The notes below the pieces were generated by a model, which was given only the letters and a program-made list of their open reading frames with translations, did no database searches and was not told where the DNA came from. The position numbers and the translations under genes were made by a program. DNA of 64,000 bases from Asterias rubens (taxonomy: Eukaryota), in contig NC_047076.1 in NCBI RefSeq assembly GCF_902459465.1, positions 4,092,001 through 4,156,000 on the forward strand. The letters are read 5' to 3'. Positions 1 to 11,500 of this stretch are shown here, one piece after another. Within the stretch, counting starts at the first letter, position 1. The number at the start of each line of letters is the position of its first letter.

Positions 1-272
1 GTCTGGACTGGACTGGTATGATGTTTAACCCCGCCCTAGCTACAGCTCTGACCTACAACTGCAAAGGTCATCATCTCTATGAGCACGTCGTGGTCTACTG
101 GCTAGGACCCTTCATCGGCACCATAATGAGTATTGTAGTCTTCCATTACATCATGGAAGAACATGTGGACGGAGAGAAAACATCTACCGCCAAATTCAGA
201 AACGGTAGTAGTCAGCGAGGAGAGAAAGATGGGACTAATGGGGTAACGAACGGCAAGGATAAGGCAAACTGA
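1..272 (+). CDS. Unorthodox aquaporin (AQP11/12-like), last coding exon, 5' partial
   Basis: Frame reads LDWTGMMFNPALATALTYNCKGHHLYEHVVVYWLGPFIGT: second NPA box, downstream Cys and VYWLGP typical of AQP11/12. Stop TGA at 270-272. Confidence 0.85.
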   Translation, partial: LDWTGMMFNPALATALTYNCKGHHLYEHVVVYWLGPFIGTIMSIVVFHYIMEEHVDGEKTSTAKFRNGSSQRGEKDGTNGVTNGKDKAN

Positions 273-1427
273 AGTTGAGTTAACAATTAGAAACAAGCCA
301 TTTTAAGAAAAAGGGCCCAATTTCAAAGAGCTGCTCATTATAAGCAGAAATGTTGCATAACATTTTTCTACTAAGCGCAACTAAGCAGAATACCAGTCAC
401 ATTTTTGTAATACACAATATGTGTACAATGGTATTTATTTGAATTTTAATCTTGTAAGCATAATTTAGGTGTGCCTTGCAAATTTTTATGCTTTAAAAGC
501 AGCTCTATGAAATTGACTGAGCCCTGTAATGAAACTCTGAATGTCAATTATTTTGTTTTACGATCATGGTGCCTTATAAATTGATTAATTTTCTTTAACA
601 AATAAAATACTGAATGATAGATCCCCTTGTGTGTTATTTTGTTGGTACCTTTAAAAGTAGACAGTACCCTTCATCAAACTCCTCATGATTCAAACAAAAG
701 TCCCACATACCGTGCAGGAAAATACTGTATGTTCTTAAAGTGCACTGAACGTCACTTAGTGATAGATATGCGCGATGTATAAGATTATTATTTTTTGTGT
801 GAACCAAAAACACCTGTGCTTGATGTATAGTTGATTTGAGACTATGGTTGCATTACAAATCACATGGTGTCTTATTTTAAGAGTACACTTCATTATGCCT
901 ACCATGACCTTAATATAAATGTAACGCATTTCAGATTTATATTTAATAAAAAAAGAGATGGTGCGCAAATCATATTGGAATATCTTTAATGTCAATCTAA
1001 ACAAATTTATTAATTTTTACAAGTTTTGCACTGATAAAATATTTCATTTTTTTGGTGTGTGGTCAGATATTTTTCTTTAATGGTTCGTTTAATTCAGGTA
1101 TGTTATTTTGTCGGTATACATCATTTAGGCCTATAGCACTTGGTGCAAAACATTTGAAATATTGTTCATAGAAGTTTACATACATCTTTGGGATGATTCA
1201 ACACAGATTGTGCCTATTGCTTTAAGCAAATTGAGTGTAACTACATGTACAACAACAAATTTGTGTTTTGAAAAAAGAATTAGTATTTGTATTTTTCTTG
1301 AGTGGTTTTATATCTTATATCATGCTCTTTCTTTGATGGCTTACATTTCAGCCTTGAGGGAACAGCCTTAGAACAAGCTGCAAAGTGCATGGGAAAATAA
1401 GAACGCATTTTTAGATATAAATCTAAA

Positions 1428-1845
1428 TTCATAAATACCTCAGACAGTTTCGCTATTCCTATTGGTGGAGAGCGCGTCATGTGGGGGTGTTTAAACGGTT
1501 GATAATGACCAGCTGGAGCTGTTTATACCCGGTTGTTTTTGGATACGCTTAAATGCATACTTTATACACGCACGAATGCATATCCGAAAACTGTCTCGGT
1601 CATAAAAATGCAACACACGTACAGAGCTCAAGGACGTCTCATACTTTATTACGCCTTTTTAACCAAAAAGCCATTTTTGAATGGGAATACAAGAGTAGTG
1701 ACTCGTTCTTAAACTGTTGTTTAAAACCTTGCAGGGTCGTGGCCGTGGGATAAATGCCCGAGCCGGGAAGGCGATGGCCTTTATCGCACGGCCATGACCC
1801 TGCTGGCAGTTTAAGAACTTGTCGCTACCCTTTTATTCCCTTATT
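1428..1845 (+). mobile_element. Related asymmetric-IR / hairpin element
   Basis: Same head (TTCATAAATACC.CAGACAGTTT..GAGAGCGCGTCA) and tail (ATTCCCTTATT), but a different hairpin sequence. Confidence 0.65.
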
Positions 1846-3916
1846 CACAGAAAGAATTAATATAGTGTGATTGTACAGATGAACATGATAGTCACTCATG
1901 AGGTATTTGATAAATCCATTTCATATGCATTGTCACTTCCATCCTTATGGTGTGTGATTATTTTTCTGACCTCAGGTTTTATAATAAACTACTCATAAAT
2001 TAGCCTTATGGTAAATTTTAAAGATAAATTCTTCTACATTTAGGTATTTCTTTGAAAAATCAGAGTAATTTTGTAAATTAAAAAATATAGATGCATATGT
2101 CTCTAATTGCCTTGATTGTTCTCAACATTCCAAATTTTAGAGTAGTATGTCAATCCCCCCCCAAACTTTTTTTTTAAGTGCATGCAGAAAGTATTTGTTA
2201 TTAAAACCAAGCTATACTTTGATTTTGATCCTTGCGCACGCTCATTTTATAACCATACATGTATGCAAGAATTTGTCTTAACCAATTAATCATGGAGGTT
2301 GGTATAATAAGTAGCTCTCTAGTTTAATTTTTGTTTGTTCCCTAACATTTTATGTTTGTAAACAAAGACAAATTAACAAGGTCAGGATTTAACCCTGCGA
2401 CCTCCAGGTTTCACGCCAATGCTCTAGCAGCTGAGCTTTAAAATAGCTTGAGTGTTGGCAGAGTCTCCATTTTGTCGATATCTCTGTTCTGGGCGACAGT
2501 GTTAACACTACACATTGTTCAAATTCAATATTGTTGTGGACAAATTTACATATTTTTGTAGAAATAAACTCAACTGCTGCCAGCTGAATTACAACTATAC
2601 TAAAGTGCCTGTTAGCTTAGAATAAAAACAGATATGTCAAGGCTGAGTTTACATATTGATAGTATTTTATTCTTTGCCAAATTTATGCGAGTATAAAAAG
2701 AGTTCTACAAATCCTAACCATTTGATGGTGGTTTCATTCCAGGATTGTATTTTGTACATTTGAAAGCATCGTTATTATGCAAATTTCTATCTATTAAATC
2801 TTTATTATCGATGTTTTATTTTTTATATTATCGTTCAAACTGTTGAAACAGTTCTTCAACATCTATTCACTTTCTTTAACTGGACAATTTGACAGTTTTG
2901 GTGTATTTTTTAATGAGAAGGATTGTTTATCATTTTTTGTCTGGTTTTCCAAAAGATCCATGGGATAATGTTATGTTTTATTTTAATTTTGGGTTAATTA
3001 AAGCCATTATACACTTTTTTATAAGTTGTGATACACGAGTGGGCCTTTGGACAATACTGAAAGTGTCCAATGGCTTTAAAGGAATTTTGCATTCAGACAT
3101 CTCAGTCGTGTTTGCGAGGTGTTGATAACCAGGGCTATTTTTCAAAGAGCTGCTTAAGCACACAAAACTACTTGCCAAATATCTGCTTAGCAGATATGAG
3201 CTGGATACTAGTCACAAGTTGTACATGTGGCATGGTAATTTGGCTGGTAGGCATAATTTTGTAGTGTGTAGCTTCTTTTTGTGCTTTAAGCAGCTCTGTG
3301 AAATTGGGCCCTGCTCTCCAACTCCAAAGTCTTGAACAGCATTTTTAATGTAATTTAACTTGGCCTCAGTCCAATCCAATACTTGTGGCATCCACCATTC
3401 ATAGACCATTTGAAAGCATTTTCGACTACGACTAAAATGAAAAACAATCACAACACATTCTATTGGTTGAATGAGCGTGTGCGCATTCTGCAAGGAGCAA
3501 TTCAACCAATAGAATGCGTTCTCTTTGTGACCGTGATCATTATTGTTTTCATTATCGCTGCAGTGTGAGTTTTTCAAGATGATAAAACATCTCGTTGCAA
3601 GTCTCAAGAAAAATCCTTCGTAATAAATGCAATCAGGTAATTAAATTTTATATAAAACAATCAAATTTGCAATTTGTCTTCTGGAACGACTTCATTAGAT
3701 TGTAAACCTTGACTTCATTCAGGAAGGAAGTATCAGAGATTTGTTTGATTGACTTTATAAAAAGGACTGCTAAGGTCATGTCACTTGAGGCAATTAACAG
3801 AAGACAAGGAATGGGCAACTCCACAAAGAAACAATTTACTTAGAAGTAAATTATTTCTTTGAGTCCTTGGAGAAAAAAAAACTATGGTGTAGGTTGTAAT
3901 AAACACTTCAGGCTGT

Positions 3917-4289
3917 TTAAAGCCATTGGACACTTTCGGAACAGAAAACAAAAATTAAAGTTCACAGATTTACAAATAACTTACAGGGTTTACAGAAGGT
4001 AATGGTGAAAGACTTCCCTTGTAATATTATTCCATGAAATGCTTTACTTTTTGATAAAACATTAAAACAATTATCAATTCTCAATATCGAGAATAACAGA
4101 TTTATTTTAAACACATGTCATGACACGGCGGAACGTGCGGTAACAAAGGTGGGTTTTCCCGTTATTTTCTCCCAACTCCGATGACCGATTGTGCCTACAT
4201 TTTTACATGTTATTTTATGTACAAGTTCTGATACACAAAGTTTGGGCCTTTGGACAATACTGTTTACCGAAAGTGTCCAATGGCTTTAA
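3917..4289. mobile_element. TTAA-flanked MITE family B (TIR AGCCATTGGACACTTTCGG), Kolobok-like
   Basis: TTAA|AG..CT|TTAA termini. Other copies at 6739-7111, 32158-32534 and 58388-58707; fragment at ~3030-3080. Confidence 0.8.
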
Positions 4290-5589
4290 TCACAGTACTC
4301 GGGATTTTTCCAAAAGGCCCCAAAAATCGGGGAAACAGACTGAAGTAGGACAAATATCATGCCTAAGATGAGTCAAGGAATAGTCAAGACTCTCTTATGC
4401 TGCCTTGTAGTGCAGTTGGTTTATTTAAAGTTGCCTGTCAAAATTGCCTTGTGTGACACGACTATTCAGTCCATACACCTTTCATTTTAAAAACACCTGA
4501 TAATCCAAAAGAGGCATAACCTCTTTATTTTGCATGCCGCAATGTTTCAAATGTATACCTTGAGGTTAAGAAGGATCATTTTTAGGAAGACAAAACAACC
4601 ACAATCTTTGGCGCTTTTTTTATCGTCAAAGGTCTGTGAAATATTTTGTGGTCACAATGTACATAGTACACGATAACAGCATTTAAAAGTCAAGCAAAAT
4701 TTGCAAACTTTTTTTAATTTATTTTGGCAGTGGCGGGGTAATTTTTTTTAACACTAACCAGCATTCAATAGAATCTTTGTAAGTGAAATGTGCTAACCTG
4801 ACAAAAGTTTTTTATCATTATTATTATTTTCAGATCTGAAACTCAATTGGTTTATTTCAATTTACATTTAAAGGTAATGTCATTTATTTCATACATGTTG
4901 ACCTATTTTCAAGGAATGTCAAAATAAAATCATTGCTTCTTCATTGTAACATATCCATTTTTTCCTACATTCGCTTATCAGGAATAAACATTACAAGAAA
5001 TTTAAACAATGTGTCAGATTATGTGTTTTGGTACCTTGTAATAATTAGGTCTCTCTCCTGTAAATGCATTTGCATGGATTCATTCCAGCCTAGGCCCCGC
5101 CTCCCACAGTGAGGAGCCAAAGCCAGAGTCAAATTTGAAACCAGGGCTTAGGTTCTGAGTCGGGCTTTGGTTTAGGCACTGTCTGTCCAATACAGAAAGT
5201 GGAAATTTTCAAAATTGGTTTCAAGTTTTTACAATTATGTGAACCATTTTATAATCTTCATTCGCTCCACTGCATTTCAAACACCATTAGAGTCTTCCTT
5301 GACAGCAAGTCATGTAGATTTTCAATCTAAGTCGCTTTGCTCTTCATCAGGTAGCAGAAAACTCTGCTAAGAAAGGTGCAAGTGTATTTCACAAGTTAGC
5401 AAGGCGGTCATCTTGTGCGTTCACCATGGATTTGCTTTGTTGCCTTTTCCACGTGCTTATGGTTGGCATCGCTATGAAATAGTAAGCACAAAATAGGTCG
5501 TTAAGCGTCTCTATGAAAGTGTCCAGTTCAGTACACAAGCATGGAAGCTACCTTTCGTGCATAGAGAAATCAATCCAACTTTGAGAACT

Positions 5590-8500
5590 TCACTGTGGTT
5601 CATTCTGTGTGAACAGCTCTTGTGAGAATGGTGTATTGGCGCCTGCATAGTTGAATGGTGACGTAGAGTTGTCCTGTAGTGACTTGGTTGGTATGTACAT
5701 CAGTGGTATGAAGGATACCTTACCAGTATGCCAGCACTAGAAAGAAAAATTGAAAGTTTAAGTGTGAATTATAAATAATAATATATTGATAATATGGTTT
5801 ATATTGATAAATAATAGCAGTTTTTATATAGTGCATTTCACACCCAAAGAAATCTCAAAGCGCTTCCAACATTATTACCTCTGGTCACTGGGCCTTAACT
5901 CTTTCCTTAAACCATCTCAGCTCCCTGGGGAGTATACAGCCTGTGCAACATTAATATGCACTACTCGGCTAAATCAATCACAAGAACCATCTCTGCCCTC
6001 ACAGGCACCCATTTACCCCTGAGTGGAGAGAAGCAATTATTGTCAAGTGTCTTGCTCAGGGACACAGGTGTCAGGACCGGGATTCAAACCAACGCTCTGC
6101 TGAACCAGAGCTTGAGTTCGGTGCTCTTGTCCGCTCGGCCACGACACCCTTTCCATAAATGAGAAGATCTTGGATGAGCTTTCTTTGTGTAATGGATGTT
6201 TTTATTGTCATGTGCACTGTTTGAGACTGGTTTCCGGTTCCCATTTTGGTATTCCTCAACAGAAATGTGTGTCTTGAAATTAAAATCTTCTGCCCCCAGC
6301 CAATCAGAAAAGTTTGAGGTTTTTCGATTCCTCCCCCATCCAACCGAATTTAACAACATAATAATCATAAATGTTTATAAAGCGTCTTTAACAAAAAAGA
6401 TCAAAGTGCTGTGCAAGAGCATCAACGAATAAAATCAACTTAAAGTCACTTGGATTAAAAGCAAGTGAGTTTTTAACATGGCTTAAAAGGATTCAAGAGA
6501 TGATGCCTGATGGATGTGAAGAGGAAGAGTGTTCCATAGTGTTTGTGCACTGACTGTGAATGCTCAATGGCCATAAAGTGTATAAGTGCGGGGTGCAGAG
6601 GACAACTACAAATGGAAAGTCAAAGAATGTAAATTGCGAGAACTGTGGTCGTTATTAGAAATAAGGTTCTGAAGATAAAGAGGAGCTAGACTATTTCTGA
6701 CTTCAAAACAAGAAGGACCTTGAATTTGATCTGTTTGTTTAAAGCCATTGGACCCTTTCGGTAAAGTGTTGTCCAAGGCCCACACTTTGTGTACCACAAC
6801 TTCTATATCAAATAACAAACCTGTGAAAATTTAGGCTCAATCGGTCATCGGAGTCGGGAGAAAACAACGGAAAAACCCACCCTTGTTTCCGTGCGTTTCG
6901 CCGTGTCATGACATGTGTTTCAAATAAATCCGTAATTCTCGTTAACGAAAATTTATATTGTTTTGCTGTTTTCTCAAAAAGTAAAGCATTTCATGGAATA
7001 ATATTTCAAGAGAAGTCTTTCACCATTGCCTTCTGTAAACCCTGTAAGTTATTTGTAAATCTGTGAACTTTTTTTTTTTTTTTCTGAACCGAAAGGGTCC
7101 AATGGCTTTAAACAATCATCGGAAGACTTCTTTGTGTTTCTGCATCGAGTCTGCAGGCATTCAACATGTGAAGATGGTCCCTATACTGACCACTATTAGA
7201 GATTCATTTTAGGGAAAAATCTCTCAGAAATGCATACCACTTTTATATTTTGTTCATAAATACCCCAGACAGTTTCTCTACTCCTATTGTTGGAGAGCGC
7301 GTCACGTGGGTGTGCATATCCCTTTTGTTAATGACCGGTAAAAAGTGTTAATTCCTAAGCGTGACACGCGACCTAGCACCTGTTCTTATAAGACAGTTTC
7401 TTCATTCCTATTGGTCGAGAACAACGGCTGAAACAGTTGTGCCACATCACGCGATACGCACGACGCCCACAGCATTCCCTTAAAGGAGTTATTTACGCGA
7501 GGGCAGCGGAGGGTCTACCATTTAATAGCTGGAGGGTTGTTGTGTTGAAAGAAATCATTTAACAATTATAATTTTTGCATTTATTTTACTTTTTGACCAA
7601 AAAGTGATGATGTTTTGACTGAAAAGGTATTTATGAATGGGAATCAAAGTGTGTTGAATCGGTTTTCAACTAGTGGTTTAAACACGCCGAGGCCTGGTTC
7701 TTGATAATTTACCTCGACTTCGTCTCGGTAATATATCAAGAACCAGGCCTCGTTGTGATTAAACCACTAGTTGAAAATCTCTTCACCACACATTGATTCC
7801 CTTATTATATTGATGTACCTACCACTGTAAGGAGCGATCCATGTTGGAAGTTTGGTTGGAATGATACCAGCTGTGGGATATCACCAGGCTCGCCTCGCAC
7901 AAAACCACTACAACAACCAATAACAATAAAGTATCATTATTAATACTGTCCGTCTCCTGACGACGACAAGAGCAAGGTTGTCGAAACGTTGAGACCAATT
8001 AAGATCTCACTTCGTGTTAGTGAAACTTATAATTTTATGTATTGTACCAGTGCAATTCAACTGGTTGCCATACTGTACATTTGTTTCAATGTTGTTTTTA
8101 TGAAATAAACTGATTAATATTGAAAAAAATATACATGTAACGAGAAGTCCCCTTGATCCACTAAAGCTAAAGTAGTAGTCAGACATTTTGGAGGCAACCA
8201 ACTGCAGTGCATGCTACGGGACCCTCTGGTGGCACATAACTAATTTTTCAAACATGTCTCACGATCCCTAAGAATAATACATGTATGTGATCACTCAAGT
8301 GTAAACAGATTCTCTTCTTGGAGATTCTGGTTGCCTGTAAATTGCCTCGTGAGACACGGCCCTTAGAAAAAAACTGAGACAGCATGGGTTCATATTGTAC
8401 CTACCTTGGGATGAGTTCTAAGACAGGTTCCAGTCTTGTATTGAATAACGCAATGAGATTATTTGATTCAGTCGACTTAAATAAGACGGCTAATCTCTCT

Positions 8501-11500
8501 CCATTAGGATCCCATGCAAGGTCCTGAATCAAGCCTCCAACACTACAAGGTATTCAACAAAGAAAGTATGGGGTGACAAGGCTAATTTCAATTGTCAAGG
8601 CCACTTCCTGTGGAAAAAAAATCTTTAAAATCACAGCTCAAATTTGAGGGGAAAATTCTACAGGACTGCAGGCTTGTAGCACAAAATTTTGACTGGACCA
8701 GAACTTATTTTACAAGAGCAGAGTTGAACAAGCACTCCGAGGAGATCTATTTCAATTGTGTTTGTGTGCAAGTCTACTTCGATAGTCTTGAAAGATAATT
8801 GAAAGACAATTATCACATTCACAGTCAAAAATTTGTCATTAATAAAACCCCTGAATTTCCGGTCAACAACAGTGAAATCACATCCCAGTGTGCACAAAAT
8901 ATTCTACCTGATCTGCTGCTGATCACAGTCTACGGTAACTTCTGATAGATCAGCGCAGGTAACAGCAGCCCGAGCTCCTCCAATCACATCACCAGTCTCA
9001 TTGAAACCCAAGGCGTATATGATGGGTTTATTCTCAGTACAGAATAGCAGTGTCTTGCTGTCTGGGCTCCAACAAGCTGCTTGGCAACGACCGGATAGAC
9101 CTGTCCACTTCTCACAGGTCCAAGTTCTTGTCTCCCAAACTCTAGAAACAAGACACAAAATTTGGATTATTAACAACTATTTGTACAACTATTATTTGTG
9201 GTGGTCATACAGCCATTGGTCCAGTGTTTTGTGCAACGCACATAAAATAACCCAGTGCACTTATCAAAAAGAGAAGGGATTCACCCAGGTGTCTGGTTTG
9301 ATTGGCAGCATATTGTGCCACAGCACCTTGTAAACCATTACATGGTGCTATGTAAAAGGAGTAGGTCTCATAATTCAAAAACTTAGTCCCACACACCCTG
9401 CAGGAAAATACTGAATGTTGAAGCGCCTTGAGCGTCACTTAGTGATGAATATGACCGCTATATAAGAAGAAGCTATTATCATTATCATTATTAACTATCA
9501 GAAAGAGAATAATAAGGAAATCAATGTGTGGTGAAGAGGTTTTCAACTAGTGGTTTAATCCCAACGAGGCCTAGTTCTTGATAATTTTACCGAGACGAAG
9601 TCGAGGTAAATTATCAAGAACCAGGCCTCGGCGGGTTTAAACCACTAGTTGAAAACCGATTCAACACACTTTGATTCCCATTCATAAATACCTTTTCGGT
9701 AAAAAAACATCAACACTTGTGAAAATAAATGCAAAAATTATAATTTCTCATAATTTTAACACAACACCCCTCCAGCTATGAAATGGTAAGGCCCAGTCAA
9801 GGCCCTCGGGTAAACAACTCCTTATAAGGGAATGCTGTGCGTTTCGCGCGTATCGCGTGATGTGGCACAACTGTCTCGGCCGTTGCTCTCGACCAATAGG
9901 ATTGAAGAAACTGTCTTATAAGCGCAGGTGTGCAAGCTTTCGTGTCACGCCCATGTTATAACACTTTTTACTAGTGTTATATCATCCGTTCAAACAACCC
10001 CTCGTGATGCCCTCTCGACCGATCAGAATGGATAAACTGTCTTAGGTATTTATGAATAATATAGATAATAAGCGCACGTATCTACCAAACAAGGCGCTGA
10101 GTCAAACTCAAGGCGCCGAGTATATACACATTTTTAGAAAGATAGGTTATTGCAGTGATGAATTTTGAGACCCAATTATTTAATTATTTAGCACCTTGTA
10201 AGGGTTTACAAGGTGCTACGGCGCAGACAGCAGCCACAGCCAGGATCACCGGGACGAACCCCTTCTCTTTTCGAAAAGTGCACTGAGTTCTTTTACATAC
10301 GATACACATCACACATGGGACCAACGGCTTTATATCCCATCCAAAGGACCAAGCAATGGTTAAGTGTCTTGCTTTTAAAGGACACACATGTCACGACTGG
10401 GGATTCGAACCCACACTCTGGTGATCAGAAACCCCAGAGTTTGAATTCGGTGCTCTTAACGGCTCGGCCACGACACTTCCACAGAGAAGAACTAAGAGAA
10501 TAAGCATGCCACGACACTTCCACAGAGAAGAACTAAGAGAATAAGCATTGAAGATGCTGTTCATATTGGTAATTTTTATTCTATTTATTTCATTACACAC
10601 CCAATAGCACAAGCACAAATAATAATAATAATAATAAAATAATAATAACAGTATTTATAAAGCGCCAAATTGCCAAAGGATACAAGGCGCTGAGAAGGAA
10701 TGAAGAGGGAAAAAGACAGAACAAAGATAAAGATGACCAGCTACGAAGAGGCAAAAAGGTGGGTTTTGAGAGCACGTTTGAAGGCTGGGACACTGTTGGA
10801 GCTTCTGGTAAGGGTAGGAAGAGAATTCCATAGTGAGCGAGGTACATAGAGCTGCCAGACTGGCGCCACTAAATAACAAGATGGTGAACAGGAAACAAGA
10901 AAAAATGTTCAGTTTTAGATGTGGGAGGAAAACCCAAAATGGGGGGAAAACCTATGGAACCAGGTAGGGACTGAAAACCCAATCGACATGCAGGGCTCCA
11001 GGTTTGAGTTGGGATTCAAACGGGTTTTCACAGAGGTGAAAGGAAGGGAGAGAATCCCCTGAGCCAACTTGATGCCCTCCAGAATGTCTGAAAAATCTAT
11101 CATGAGACCATCCAAGTAAAGACACGCCCCCTCCTCTACCCTTTAGAATCAAACAACTACACCTATGACCTAACTGAACATCTCAGATGGTGTAGCAGTA
11201 AACAGCTTAGTATTATCAGGAGACCATCCAAGTAAAGACACGCCTCCTCCTCTACCCTTTAGAATCAAACAACTACACCTATGGCCTACCTGAACATCTC
11301 AGATGGGGTAGCAGTAAACAGCTTAGTATTATCAGGAGACCATCTGAGTAAAGACACTCCCCCTCCTCCACTTCTTCTCAGAGTCACACATGTTTCTCTT
11401 GGCACATCCCATACCTTTTGTACAAATCAATGGTTCATTATGCACTCTTGGTATGAAGATACAGTTTGTCTTATGGTGACAAGTTGCATTGTTTTACAAA

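Noticed and set aside
10467-10548. 41-bp direct duplication at a SINE 5' end
   Set aside because: Simple slippage duplication spanning the SINE edge; not a TSD, and no function is evident.
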